A stretch of 64,000 nt of DNA from the human T2T-CHM13v2.0 reference genome, Homo sapiens. The translations under genes and the position numbers were made by a program. This document shows, in pieces, positions 28,664-41,482 of this stretch. A model generated the notes under the pieces. The model did no database searches. It was not told the DNA's origin and saw only the letters and a list, made by a program, of their open reading frames with translations. Every line of letters starts with the position of its first letter. The first letter of the stretch is position 1. Where the stretch lies: assembly GCF_009914755.1 (NCBI RefSeq), contig NC_060927.1; one strand, written 5' to 3'.

Positions 28664-28775
28664 AAGAACAGAAATTCCTCATACATCAGTGTCTCCCATG
28701 GCTTAGGAGCTCACTTTGAATGGAGCCCACAGTCACCACTACTGGGTTTAATTGGTTTGTGCAAGCAATAGTGGG
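28664..28775. repeat. 112-bp direct duplicate, copy B (inside the CCR1 3'UTR)
   Basis: 88% identical to 27397-27508. Confidence 0.92.
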
Positions 28776-29107
28776 AAGTGGGTGACTTTGTTGACAAATG
28801 CTAATGGTCACAAATCTGAAATCTTGCTTGAGTCCAAGCCCTTCTCTGGTACACTTAGTCCCAGTCTCTGGAATATTTGGTTTTGCTCATTCATCTTCTT
28901 TCTACCAGGGGAGAAGTTCATGGAAAAGACTGAAGCCCCAGAAGCCTCAGAAGCCCCAGGCCACCATTACATTCCCTCTCTATCCCAAGTGGCTGTGACT
29001 CCATGCTGTGCCAAGAGTCAGAACCTGGCTGGGAGAGCCAGGCTGCTGGCTCAGTGTGCCTGGCAGGTCACGCCTGCTTATTTTGGGTTGGCCTCCTATG
29101 GTCTGAG

Positions 29108-30175
29108 TCAGAACCCAGCAGAGAGTTCATGCTCCCCTGTGGAGGGAGATGTGGAGCTGACCCTCTCCAGCCTGTCCACGGAGAGGAAGGGGAGCCATTT
29201 AACCAGGTGCACAGCCACACGCCTGTGGAACAACTGCCGCAGGTACTTCCGGAACCTCTCACCAACGAAGGCGTAGATCACTGGGTTGACACAGCAGTGC
29301 GTGTAGGCGATCACCTCCGTCACTTGCACAGCCAGGTCCAAATGTCTGCTCTGCTCACACTCATGGGTGAACAGGAAGTCTTGGAAAACAGAAATAAGTA
29401 TAGTCAAATTGTAGGGGGTCCAAAAGAGAAAAAAGATGATCATGATGACAAAAATCAAACGGACAGCTTTGGATTTCTTCTCATTTGGTCGTCTTAGCAG
29501 AATCTTTATAATCCCTGTGTAGCAGATGATCATGACCAACAAAGGCAATACCAGCCCAAAGAGGTTCAGTTTCAGAGCCTGAAACAGCTTCCACTCTCGT
29601 AGGCTTTCGTGAGGAAAGTGAAGGCTGCAGGTGTGGTGAGTGAATTCCCATTGGGTCTTGGAAAAGTATAAGCCTGGCATGGAAGCCAAGATGGCCAGGG
29701 CCCAAATGATGATGCTGGTGATGACACCAAAAGTGACGGTCCGTGCCCGCAAGGCAAACACGGCGTGGACGATGGCCAGGTACCTGTCAATCGTCAGCAG
29801 GATGATGAAAAAGATCTCGCTGTACAAGCCTGTGTAATAAAACCCAGAGAGGATCTTACACATGGCATCACCAAAAACCCAGTCATCCTTCAACTTGTAG
29901 TCGATCCAGAAGGGAAGCGTGAACAGGAAGAGCAGGTCAGAAATGGCCAGGTTCAGGAGGTAGATGCTGGTCATGTTTTTTAGCCTCTTGTATTGCACAA
30001 GGACCAGGACCACCAGGATGTTTCCAACCAGGCCAATGACAAATACCAAGGAGTACAGAGGGGGCAGCAGTTGGGCCCCAAAGGCCCTCTCGTTCACCTT
30101 CTGGCACGGAGTTGCATCCCCATAGTCAAACTCTGTGGTCGTGTCATAGTCCTCTGTGGTGTTTGGAGTTTCCAT
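29108..30175 (-). CDS. CCR1: C-C chemokine receptor type 1 (class A GPCR, 355 aa), single coding exon
   Basis: Acidic/Tyr N-terminus [24 protein letters not shown], seven hydrophobic segments, and the motifs [30 protein letters not shown] and [11 protein letters not shown]. Strong Kozak context GCCGGGATGG. Confidence 0.99.
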   Translation of the reverse strand: METPNTTEDYDTTTEFDYGDATPCQKVNERAFGAQLLPPLYSLVFVIGLVGNILVVLVLVQYKRLKNMTSIYLLNLAISDLLFLFTLPFWIDYKLKDDWVFGDAMCKILSGFYYTGLYSEIFFIILLTIDRYLAIVHAVFALRARTVTFGVITSIIIWALAILASMPGLYFSKTQWEFTHHTCSLHFPHESLREWKLFQALKLNLFGLVLPLLVMIICYTGIIKILLRRPNEKKSKAVRLIFVIMIIFFLFWTPYNLTILISVFQDFLFTHECEQSRHLDLAVQVTEVIAYTHCCVNPVIYAFVGERFRKYLRQLFHRRVAVHLVKWLPFLSVDRLERVSSTSPSTGEHELSAGF

Positions 30176-30854
30176 CCCGGCTTCTCCTACAGGTTAAAAA
30201 AAAAAAAAAGATTTGTCTTTACTCTGCTACTAAAGGCAGTGGGCACTGGACAGTAAAGACAAGGGAGAGGTAACATTTTTTCAGCCACTCCATAAATGTT
30301 TATTGAGTGCCTTCTGTGTACCATGCCCTGGGGACAAAATGGAGTGTTAGAGAGACCCAGATCCTCTCTGCCTTCTAGGAATCTTAGTCTAACAGGGAGT
30401 GGAAGCAATAAGTAAATGAGTGCACAAATCATTAATTCAATCATTTCAGCAAAGAGTTTTGTAAGGGATAAGTTCAATGGGTGGAAAGCCAGAGGGAGAC
30501 CTTACCATACTATTCATAACCAACACTTCCTAAGCACCCCCATGGCCTAGGCACTGGACTTAGGGTTAAAGAGCCCTGGAGGGGTCCCATTGTTGTTCTT
30601 ATTTAAGAGGTGATGAAACAGAGGTTCAGAGTGGTTAGGAAACATGTTCAAGGACACACCTCTTGTGAGAACAGACCTGGAGCTCCAACCCAGCTGTGCA
30701 TCATTCTCATGCCCGGCCCTGACACCACTACGCTTTCCTGCTGCTGTCCCCGAGCAGTAGCTTTGCACTGTGGAGCCCACAGGAGGACTCTGAGAAGGAA
30801 AATGGTCCTGGCTCAGAGAAAGATACAAACAGATATTCATGGCTTTTGGTCTAA

Positions 30855-31038
30855 GAAGATTCTCAGCCGAGAGTGACCTAGTACCCTTGGGGCACTTGGA
30901 AATGTGTGGGCATTTGTTGTTGTTGTCACCAAAACTGGGGGATGCTACCGTCATTTGGTAGGCAGGGCCAAGGATGTCCTACAGTGCAGAGATCATTCTA
31001 CCCCAAACACCAGTGGTGTTGCCATAGTGAAATCCTAG
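30855..31038. mobile_element. MER20-like hAT element
   Basis: GGGGCACTTGGAAATGT...TTGTCAC...GGCCAAGGATG core. Confidence 0.65.
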
Positions 31039-31469
31039 TAGGTCAACCCCATTATTTTGGAGATGAGGACACTGAGGGCACCAGAGTGGGCTGAGCCTGA
31101 CCCACATTGCACAGTCCTTAGGTGGCACAGGTAGATCTAAGGTCACTTTGCAGACCTCCTGAAGGAGAGGAAAGTGCAGGCAGAGAAGGGGGAGGTAACC
31201 TGGTCAGAAAAAGAGAAAACTGGGCATCAGGGGAGGAAGAGTTCAGAATGGTCTGGAGCTATGAGGTGATGTTACACAGTGACTAGCTGAATTCTGCTGA
31301 GATAAGCTCTTAGATATTTTTACCCACGGATGCCTTAAAGCAAACAAAAATGAAACAAAAAAGAATCACTCTGTAGGTTGCCTTTGTAGGACTTCTCCCA
31401 GTCCCTGCTTTTTTGGCACTTGAATCCTTTCCAGTTGCTTATTAAAGATGCCTCCCCAAATGGAGCATT

Positions 31470-31610
31470 GGCTTTGGTGTAACCTACGAGCTTTGTGACT
31501 TTGGATAAATTATTTTACCTCTCTGAGCTTCATTCCTCATCTGTAATGTGGGAAAGCAACTCTTATCTTGCAAGGCTACTGTGAGGTAATGTATGAGAAA
31601 AGTGCTACCA
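31470..31610. mobile_element. MIR
   Basis: TGTGACTTTGGATAAATTATTTTACCTCTCTGAGCTTCATTCCTCATCTGTAA core. Confidence 0.75.
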
Positions 31611-32834
31611 TCACCCTCCCACCACCACCACCTGGCAACAGCCAGGCCCCTTATTGAGGGCCTGGCAAGAGCCAGGCCAGGGCACTTTTCTTGGGGACCT
31701 TCCCTGAGAGAACTCCTTCACTGCAGGAGCCCTTCCCTGAGGCCTGACACCACCAGCACATCCCAGGCACCAATGTCCAGGATGTCCCTGGCTGGCTGGT
31801 ATACCCTGTCTCCCACCCCCCTGCCAAATTTCTTTGTAGTTAATCTAGAAAGTGATTTTTCTTGATAACGGTGGACAATGATGGTCCCTTCCATGTGAAT
31901 GACATTTGAAATTGTCAATCTATTGCCGCCAATCTAAATTGATTTGACCCAAATGCCAATCAGTAAAGTAGGTGGCACCTACTTTATAATTTCTATCTTA
32001 AACCTGGGTCTCTGGTGTTCTTCCTTCTACTCTCCTTAAGGAATGTTTCCTGCTTACACAATTCACATTTTTTTCAATAGCCATTGTAAAGGAAATTAAG
32101 GCACATGGAGGGTATAGGGCACCCTGGCTGGAAAGGGAGATACTCTATTAGGGTGAGAAGTGAGGAGCTTTAATTTTTTATCAAACCCATCCCCTGGCCC
32201 ACTCCTCCATCTCCAGAGAGATCCAATCAGCCCTCTTTCTGGAGAGAGTCAGGCTAACGGTCACTAACAAAGCTGTGTTGGCAGTTTCTAATTTCTGCAG
32301 CCACAGCCATTGCTGATGAGGGCAGACAGTTCGGTTTGATAGTCAGCACTTTTCGGTGGGCTGGCAGGTTAACAGTGGAAGTATGCAAATAGCTTGGAAA
32401 GCACAAAGAGCAGCTAGTGCAAGCCTGATCCCATGAGTCCAGTTTCTGGGAAGGTTTGGCAAAGGCAAAGGCAAGTTGAGTCAACATTGTCAGGTGGCAT
32501 TTTAAACCGAGTCACCTCCATACACCCCCTACCTCCAACCCATTTGTTATTTCCCCAACTTGTTAAGCCCCAGGCAACCACTCCAAGGCATGCTGTTCCT
32601 AAAGGGAGGTGATCTGGGGTGGGGCCCGAGAAGAGAAACCAAAGGACCATGTTGTCATCTAATCTGCCAGCCCTGCTGTAGTCTACTGCAGAAGTCTGCC
32701 TCAAGGCCACTGCACAGTGGTCAGCTATAGCCCTGGATCCTGGACCCTCCACTGCTAGTGTCCTCCAGCCTGGGAGTTGGTGAAGTCTCTGAGCAGAGAT
32801 AGAGCAGTCTGTGATGGTGAAAGACACCCAGGCC

Positions 32835-33032
32835 TATGGTGCGCTGGCTGGCTTATACTGGTTTATAAATGCCAATTGCGTGCATCTCTTCCCCACTCCA
32901 CATTCAGCATGTTGGTAGCTTGAAACTGACCACAGTGGGGGCATTTATACCATGAAAATCAACAAATGTTATAAAGCAGGGATCTTTTCTTCAGAAGAGT
33001 CAGTTGTTGAACATTTACCAGCACATCACTGC
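32835..33032 (+). mobile_element. MER63A-like hAT element in the CCR1 intron
   Basis: Termini TGGTGCGCTGG and CCAGCACATCACTG; interior GTTGGTAGCTTGAAA. Confidence 0.75.
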
Positions 33033-33456
33033 CCAGGCCCCACATTCTGAACAGTCCAGCACTGTCCCACTGCTCGGTGCGGGAACTAAAGGATCAGTGA
33101 GTGGCACATAGCCTGGTGCCAGGTTGTGCAAACTTTTGGGAGTTTCCATCTCTTCTTTGAAATCTGGGACCCACCAAGACCACCTATGAAGTAGATACCT
33201 ATACGGAGCCACCATGCCCCTCTATCTTCAGAACAAAATCCTGACCTGTGTCTTTGTTAGTAGAGCAGAACAGATGCCCCCCAAGATCACCTGGCCAGCT
33301 CCTTGCCTTTGGGTGAGTGAAAGCCTACCTCTTCCAAAGATAGCAGTGCCAATTTTGAGGATCCTTGGTTCTAGTCTTCTTAAGAGATAGGTTCAGTATC
33401 AAATCATCCTTGCATCTGCCAAGATTTTTCTAGCTAATATTTCCCTCTTGCTATAA

Positions 33457-33801
<345 letters not shown>

Positions 33802-34143
33802 AAGTAATTTCTTATTGAATAGGTTTCCACAGAAAACACCTTTTGTCCCTTAGTACTGACTGACTTTCTTAATCAGTAACCAAAAGCCAATCCTTCAAGT
33901 AAGCTTCCTTTTTAGCAAAAAAGCCTATATTTCATCTGAGCACCCAGCTTTATAAATCCACCATTCTCAGTATTGCTACAGTATTAATTGCCTTGGAGAT
34001 GCATCCATGGGCTACTTAGACATTTGCCCAGCCTACTCAAAGAATTCCCCCTACCTTTGAGGAGCCCCTAGCTGCATGCATGTCTTTGAACAACACTGCC
34101 CTCCACAGTAACAGATAAGACAGAAAAGACAAGTGACACTTAC

Positions 34144-34203
34144 TCTGGTTCCAAGGGACTTTGTCCGTGAAGTCTTTGTTTCTGGGGCTTTCTGGGTTTT
34201 TAT
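34144..34203 (-). other. CCR1: CCR1 exon 1 (non-coding; TSS approximate)
   Basis: Reads ATAAAAACCCAGAAAGCCCC...GGAACCAGA. It joins exon 2 to give ...AACCAGAGAGAAGCCGGGATG, the CCR1 leader as I recall it. No upstream ATG. Confidence 0.85.
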
Positions 34204-34520
34204 GAATTCAAGTTTCAAGATCCTGACCAAGTAGGAAGTACTCAGCTTCCTGTGTGATGATGGAGAATTGGCTCCAGTTTCACAGTCTTTCAAAATGACA
34301 AGAAAGGGACAAAGTTCTTCTTTTTGTGTGGTTTGGTGCTCATGAATGGCCACAACGCCCACCAGTGGCCACTTCCTGGAAGCCAAGTTAACTGCGAGGA
34401 TTTTCTCTGCTCACTCTGAGCCTCTTGAGTCTTGGCCCTGGGAGCTCAGCCTTAAGGGAATTGGGGGCAGGTGAAGCTGAGTTGGGTGAGGTGGGTGGCA
34501 GTGAGATGTTCCCAGAATGT
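34204..34520 (-). promoter_or_regulatory. CCR1: CCR1 proximal promoter with ETS, RUNX and STAT (GAS) motifs
   Basis: AGGAAGT (~34233), CTTCCTGT (~34246), TGTGGTTT (34327-34334), CACTTCC overlapping TTCCTGGAA (34373-34381), and TTCCCAGAA (34509-34517). Confidence 0.6.
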
Positions 34521-35786
34521 TTGGAGCAATTGAAGTGTGGGATGTGTGTATGTGGGATGGGGGCAGGGCATAGAGCTCTTGTGGTCAGCGGCAGACTTCT
34601 TTTTTTTCTTCTTCTTAAAGATTGTGAATGGAAGGATTTAAACTGGAACCCTGAGTCCTGTTCCTCAAAACTAACTGACATGGGTGCTCACAGAGGCAGC
34701 AGCTTCTCTTTGGCACCCTATGCCCCTCGGCTTCTGGGAGCTCATTGTCCCTCTGCTCTCTGCTCCCCAAGTCCCTCCCCACCAAACCTCAGAGAGTGGC
34801 TTTGCCCCAGGAACCTCCAGCATGAAGGGAATATAGGTCTGTTGGTTACATTTTGACCTTCCCTTTCTGATGCCCCATTCCTGTTTTACGTGATGGTCAA
34901 ACATGGGCCAAGTTCAAATCCCAGCTCTCCACCTGTGACATGGGCAGATCACTCACCTTTCTAAGTCTTGGTTCCTACTCTGCTAAATGGGAGTATTGAA
35001 TGCTTACCTCAGAGGAGAAGCACGAAGTCAACTTGTACATGAAAAATGTCAGAGTGCCTGGCACAGTGAAAAATGTCTGACAAATGATGAGTACTGTGAC
35101 TCTCCTCACAACTGCCAACACCTACTCTGCCTCTGCCCTTGTGTCTTCTATAAAGTGGGGACACCCCTAACCTTCCTCACGGCATTGCTACAAAGCACTG
35201 TTTCAGAAATCATCAGTGTGAATGTGCTTTGAAAAGATCACTTGTCTCTTCATGGTTCAGTTTTCTTATCTGTAAAATGAAGAATTCAGACAAGATGGCC
35301 TAAGCTTGACATCTGATCATCACTCAGCTTCACCCCAAAGAAATAAATGGGGGTCTGCATGTGCCTGGCTATTTGCAGTACTTTGCTGGTGGATCAGTTT
35401 CCAAAGAGAACAGAGGCTTGTGAGGCCTGCCTTTTCCTTGATCCTGTCTAAAGTAAGGGACATGGTCAGTACCTCATCCTTGACCAGGCTTCCAGCTCTG
35501 CTCTAGGTTTCATTCCACAGAGGGGATGTACCAGGCAAATCTGCTTGTTCATTGAACAAATATTTATTCAGTACTCACAATGTGCCGGACATTGTGTTAG
35601 GTGCTTGGGATATAGTGGTGAAGAAAGAGGCTGGATCCATTCTTTGAGAGCTTATAGCTTAGGAAGGATCACAAACAATTAACCAAGTTACCACAATGAG
35701 GAACAGCTTTTGTAGTGGCCTGGGAAATACCCTGGGCTAAGGAAGGGTGCATCGAGGGTGGGAAGGGGTGAGGAAGTCCTTTAGAG

Positions 35787-35965
35787 CAGTGGTTCTCAAA
35801 GTGAGGTCCCTGGACCAGCAGCATTCACATTCCCTGGGACATTGCTAGCCATGCAAGTTCTGGGGTTACATGCCAGATATACTGACTCAGAAATCCTGGG
35901 GATGCGGCCAAGCAATCCAGGTTTTGACAAAGACTGGCATGATTCTGATGCATGCTTAAATTTGG
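35787..35965. mobile_element. MER5A
   Basis: CAGTGGTTCTCAAAGTG...GACCAGCAGCAT...ACTGACTCAGAAA. Confidence 0.8.
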
Positions 35966-36552
35966 GGGGCATGGATCTAGATTTTCTCAATGCTTTTGGC
36001 TCAGAGTCCCATGTGATCTTTCTTCAGAAGAGTTAGGCTGGACCAGCTATGAGCTAGGAAGCCTTCTTTCTCTCTTTAGCTCAAGGCCTAAACAAGAGGC
36101 TGCTCAGTTGCCTGCTCTGTCTCCCCTCCCACACCCACACTCAGGTCTCCTATGGCCTTGCAAACCCCTTAGTGCACACACCCCTCTCACCACAGCAGAT
36201 GTGTACAATGGGGGCAGCACAGAGAGACAAGAGAGAAACCAGCAAAGAGGGATGACCTTGCTCCATTCATTTCTCTTAAAAGCCCTTTGACTCCTCTCCT
36301 TAAAAGCTGTAGTGTTCTCTCAAGGTTGCCGTATTGTCCTTGATCCACATCAATGTTCCTCTTCCTTGGAGAGAAGGGGGAGATGTGGGCAGCTTCCTTT
36401 GCCCCAGAGAGGTTGCAGTGGAAGCCCAGCACTAAGCCAAACCCTGTCCTGAGACAGCCTTCCACCCCAGCCTTGGCACCAATGTTCAGGGAAGAGATGC
36501 AGGGGACCCTGCCAGTGGTGGATGTGGATGACTCTGTCTTTAACACCTGCAG

Positions 36553-36769
36553 AGCTCATGGACCCTGGCCGTCATCAGGTTCAACCTCATATTCAACTGC
36601 TGGGCCTTGTCTTCTGGCCACACACTCTCTCCAAATCAGCGATGGTGGGGAACTGAGGAGCCAGAGGCCATTGTGGAAGAACTCCAAGAAAACAATCTCC
36701 AGGTTATCACATCTAAAGCCTGAGCAAGATTTGAGGCTGGGAAGAGGTGGATCCCAGAATTGGAAGAAG
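36553..36769 (+). other. Candidate 217-nt non-coding exon, probably of a long upstream CCR3 transcript
   Basis: Acceptor CTCTGTCTTTAACACCTGCAG| and donor AAG|GTAGGT. The position ~2.4 kb beyond the CCR1 TSS agrees with my recollection of upstream CCR3 annotation (unverified). Confidence 0.5.
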
Positions 36770-36809
36770 GTAGGTGAAACCAGTGTTGCCTCCGCTATGT
36801 TAGAGTCAC

Positions 36810-37430
36810 ATGGAAGCTTGAAGGACAATTGACTCCTAGGCCCACCCCCAGATATTCTGATGTACTTGGTCTAGGGTGCAGCCTGGGCATTGGAATTTTA
36901 ATATGTTAAAAAATCTGAGAACTAGAATCCCTGGCCTAAAGCAATGGTTCTCGAATTTGAATATCCATCAGAATCTACAGAGGGCTTGTTAAAACAGATT
37001 TCTGGACTTATCTCCAGAGATTAAGTTCAGTAGGTCTGGAATGGGGCCTGAGAATTTACTTTTTTTTTTTTTTTTTTTTAGACAAGGTCTTGCTCTGTCG
37101 CCCAGGCTGGGGTGCAGTAGCATGATCATGGCTCACTGCAGCCTCAACCTTCTGGGCTCAAGTGATCCTCCCACTTCAGTCTCCTAAGTAGCTGGAACCA
37201 CAGGTGCATGGCACCACACCTGGCTAATTTGAAAAAATATGTATATATATATATATATATTTTTTGTAGAAATGGGTGTGTTATCATGTTGCCTAGGTTG
37301 GTCTCAAACTCATGGGCTCTAGTGACCCTCTTGCCCCAGCCTCCCAAAGTGCTGGGATTACAGGTGTGACCTGTGATCCCACCATGCCTGACCTAGATTT
37401 GCATTTCTAATAAGTTTCGAGAACCACTGG
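36810..37430. mobile_element. MER5-type elements with an AluJ (37060-37392, minus) inserted
   Basis: The MER5 core GGGGCCTGAGAATTT resumes as GATTTGCATTTCTAATAAG after the Alu. The Alu linker is expanded with (TA)n. Confidence 0.8.
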
Positions 37431-38989
37431 TCTACAGGAATTCTCTGAGATGTAATTTGTTTATATTTGTAAGTACACAAAATATAAGGTGAAGAGCTAA
37501 GTTTGCCTACCCCTGGCGCCTTATTTTCCCCATTTCTCTTCCCAAAAGGAACAACAGTATCAGATTCTCATGTCACTTTGAACATAGAACACACGCACAC
37601 ACACACTTTTTTTTACACTGGTGAGTGAATACAATACACGTTGTCTTCCATTGCTTTTGTCACTGAACCTCATACCCAGAAGATTCTTCTCCACCAGCAA
37701 GCACCTGGGAATAAGCATGTAGGCAGTGACTATAGCCTCTCGATGTGGTGGAAACAGAGAAATATCAATAAGGTGCACACCTGAAGATTCTAACCTTGAG
37801 TTTGTCTAGGTCTCTGATTCCTTAATTTGATACCCCCTCCTGTGTCAGCCCCATGACTTGGCCTGCTCGTTCCTCCTCTTCCTTCTCACCTATTTATTTG
37901 CCTTTCATGACCTGCACACATCATCCATGGCATCCAATTTTGACTTGGCCCTGTTTCTGGTTCTCCTTTCGTGATACAACCTCAACATTCCAGAAACCTT
38001 ATGTTCTGATTTAACCAAGACGGGGCAGGGCCCAGGCACCTCAACTGCATGGACCCTGGTGGTCACTGATGCAAACCTTTTAGGTTCGGTGGCTACATGA
38101 ATAGGTTAATTTGGTGGTGCCGTGATCACAGAGATGTGAGATGTCCCTGTTGCCTAATCTTGGGGCACACTGTCTGCATGACGAAAGAGGTTGCTTCTGA
38201 TCCCAGGCTATTTCCAGAACACCAAAGTCAGATTGGTTACTGTCTCACAGATGGGCAAAAGTGGTTTTGGGAGATGTAAGAGGGTCTTAGGCAGTAGCAC
38301 CCCAGGTCCCTCGACATCACCTCATTTCCCCCCTCTTGGCCCCCCTACCACACTCCTCTTGTCTTGTCTAATTTCTTTCCCCAGCCTCTCTTTCCACCTC
38401 CCCTCCTCACTGCATACTTCTTCTATCCAGGTGGTCATTTTTCCTCCTGCATCTCTGCCTCTTTTTGCCTGCCTGGCCTCTGGCCTCTCCAAGGTGCTCT
38501 CTCACCTCCCATTCTACAAACTCCAACTTGACAAACCAAGGAGAAAGGGGCCAAGACTTCTTTGCCCCCTCTCTCCCTACTCTCTGTCCTGCTCATCTAT
38601 CCCACTGTGCTTCATCGTGTCCCAAAGTGAAAGAGGGCATTGGGCACATCAGTGTGAGATCCCTCACCATGGATCATCCAAGAGGCTGCCTCCTCCCTGA
38701 AGCCTTCCCATCCTCCATGACAGGAAGTCATCAATGAAAGACTGACGTAGCACCTCTGAGGTTTTTAAACTTCTTAGGGGGGTAGGGGGAGACCTGTGTT
38801 GAAACCTCATTGTATACATTGGGTACTTTTGACAGCAAATAACAAAGCAATGGACTCAAAATAGCTCAAAAAAGAAAAAGAAAAGAAATCATTGTTTTCT
38901 CACAAATCTAGATATTAGCTCTGGTTTGAAATTACTCTTTAACAGTCTCTTGTAATAATTCTTAATGATTTCACTATTCACATGTTTCT

Positions 38990-39425
38990 ATTCGTCTTTA
39001 CAGCCTAAAATACAACCTCAGAACTCAGGGGCTTGAAATCACAGTGACATTTTTTCTCGTGATTCTGTGAGTTAGATGAATCGTCCAAGGTGCTCTCACT
39101 CCCACATCTAGGGTTGGGGCCAGCTGTCAACTGTCAATTCACCTTTATGTGGCTGCTCATCTTCCAATCAGCTAGATAGACATGACATCTCATCTCTGTC
39201 TCAGGCCAGTTACGAGAGTACAAAATAGAAGCTGTAAAGCATTTTAAGGCATAACCTCAGAAGTCACATGATGCTGCTTTTGCAAGTAAGTCACAAAGCC
39301 AAGCCACATTCAAGGAGTCAGGAAATAGAAACTACCTTTTTTGGAAGAGCTACAAAGTCACATTGTAAAAGGCTGTGTGTACTCGGCTTGGAGGAGTTTG
39401 AGTCCGTAAATTATCTTCTACCACA
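38990..39425. mobile_element. MLT1-type MaLR LTR remnant
   Basis: CAAGTAAGTCACAAAGCCAAGCCACATTCAAGG and TACAAAGTCACATTGTAAAAGG motifs. Confidence 0.55.
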
Positions 39426-39429
39426 ATGC

Positions 39430-40330
39430 ACAAATTTCCTCTAGTTCCATAGCCAAGTAGTTTCTTGAACTTCATCCCTCTAATGGTCTTGTCTTCCCCA
39501 TACCTTGGTCACATATGCCCATGATCATAGCTCCTGAATCTTACTATCACTAATATCTGTAGCTCTTCATACTTCCTGCTGCCAGCATCCAGCCTCTGAC
39601 CACCACCTCCTACATTTACTACTCACTGCCTCTAGCACCTCAACTCCAACAGTTCTTTAACCCCAGTGGGACCTCCAGTCCACTGATATTTTAATTTTCC
39701 ACTGACCTTCAGCCTCCTCATGCCCTCACTTCCCATCATCTTAAAAATCCATGAGCCATCATTACAGTCTCTCCCTTAAACACACCCTCAATTCCTTTGC
39801 TCTTTTCTGATCCTGTCATGCCCACTTGGCAAAATTTTGGTCCTAGTTAGATCCAGCTCCCCCACTTGCATCTGTGAAGTTAAATATGGCCAGAGAAAAT
39901 CACACAACCACAGTGACTAGGGTGGCTCTAAATGATGATAGCTGTATCCAAAGCATCCTTAATGCCCATCAACTGCATTCCCCTCTTTTAGACATTATTT
40001 CACACCTTTTGCCTTTTCCTTAAACCTCCAACACCACCTGTTATCCTCATTCTTAGCTGATGATCTTGTTTCCTATTTCGCTGAGAAAATGAAAGCCATC
40101 AGAAGAAACTTTCTACAAGCCCCCACCTCTCACCTCCCCTGCTACCGGTCACTTTTTTCCTGGACAGTTCTCTGCCTCCCACCTGTTACATGGCTGGATT
40201 CTCCATGTTCCTGTCTAAACCCATCCCTTCCGCTTGTGCAGGATCCCAACCTCTCTCACTCACTCAAGGACATTGCTCTATTGATTTTCTCTCATCTTGT
40301 CAGTTTTTCCTGCTCTATTGCATTATTCCT
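39430..40330. mobile_element. L2 fragment
   Basis: C/T-rich L2-like motifs (CTCTGACCACCACCTCC; TTCCTATTTCGCTGAGAAAATGAAAGCCATCAGA). Confidence 0.6.
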
Positions 40331-41159
40331 ATCCGAGTTATTTAATTTAGCAGCTTCATCTGGGACTCAGGTTCCTCCCATCTTTCTGCTCTGACATGTT
40401 CAGACCACCTCTGCTCAGGGATGTGGCTGCTGGGGTCACACTGAGGTATGAGGACATCTAACAGAGAAAAGGGCTGCCTTTTCTTTTTGCCAATTTATAG
40501 AAATAAGGAGCCCTGATGTTCTGTGATAAAACAGCCACTTGTGAGCCAGATCCTCTGGGGAGACCAGTAGATAGTGCCTCCACCTTTCCTCCCTGGGCAA
40601 GCAGAGGGTAATGGATGCTGCAGGGCAGTGTGGATGATGTAGGGAAGCCCCTTCCCTCAGGTCTTCTGGCACAGTGAAGTGCTTAGCAGAAAGCAGACAC
40701 TGGGGGGCAGGATTTGAGAGCCTGTGAATGAACCAAGAGCACATTATCCCCTCCCAATGTCCCTTCCTGTCCCCAAACACACAAGTTTCTGGGGTGGTTC
40801 CTGCTGGCAGAGAGCCTGAGAGCATGGCCATTGTACCTGAAGAGGCTGGTGCCAAGAGCTGCCAACTAGAACCTGGTAGGTCTGTAATCTAAGTGCTCGC
40901 AAGAATGGGGCAGTGGCTCATTGTGGTTTGAGGCTGGCAGGGGGTCAGGCAGGAATGAAGAGCTGATAATGATCCTTGTACTCCAAACCTAAGCTCCAGA
41001 CAGTCACATGTGTGTTCCTGTCACTTATTACATCCAGTCTGAGTGCTCATGCTGGTATTTGTTCCCTTACACCTCATCCATCACACAGCTATTAAGCATG
41101 TGTTCTCTCTGTCAAGCATGGAGTAGTTAAGAGTCCTAAAAGTTGAGTTAGGTAGGGCC

Positions 41160-41482
41160 TGGAAGTAGTGTTATGCAAGGTGAGGTATGTGAACCAGCAG
41201 CATCTGTGTCACCTGGGAGCTTGGTGGAAATGAAGGTTCTCAGGCCCCATTGAAGGTTAGACCCAGGAATCTGTGTTTTAACAAGTCCTCCAGGTGCTTC
41301 TTATTTATGCTAGAGTTTGAGAATCAGTGCTGGACCCTGCTGTTCAAAGTGATGGCAAAACCTGAGAGCTTACCAGAAATGCAGACTCTCAGGCCCCACC
41401 ACAGGTTTACTGGGTGGGAGTCTGCATTTTTATCAGATCCCCAAGGGATTTGTTTGCACACGACAGTGTGAGACACCCTGGT
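41160..41482. mobile_element. MER5A/B cluster
   Basis: Two consecutive cores (CACCTGGGAGCTTG...CTCAGGCCCCA; GAAATGCAGACTCTCAGGCCCCACC). Confidence 0.7.

Larger units (their letters stand above)
27571..29107 (-). other. CCR1: CCR1 3'UTR (3' end approximate)
   Basis: Unique sequence between the stop codon and the AATAAA. Confidence 0.75.

Noticed and set aside
29104-29110. CCR1 stop codon embedded in an AP-1 site (TGACTCA)
   Set aside because: Several such 7-mers are expected by chance in 64 kb, and there is no other support.
28752-30256. Plus-strand ORFs antisense to CCR1 (174, 164, 87 aa and others)
   Set aside because: Shadow ORFs of a GC-balanced coding exon; mostly non-ATG starts and no recognisable domain.
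36353-36832. 159-aa ATG-initiated plus-strand ORF
   Set aside because: No recognisable homology, it runs across the candidate splice sites, and it ends in a MER5 element.
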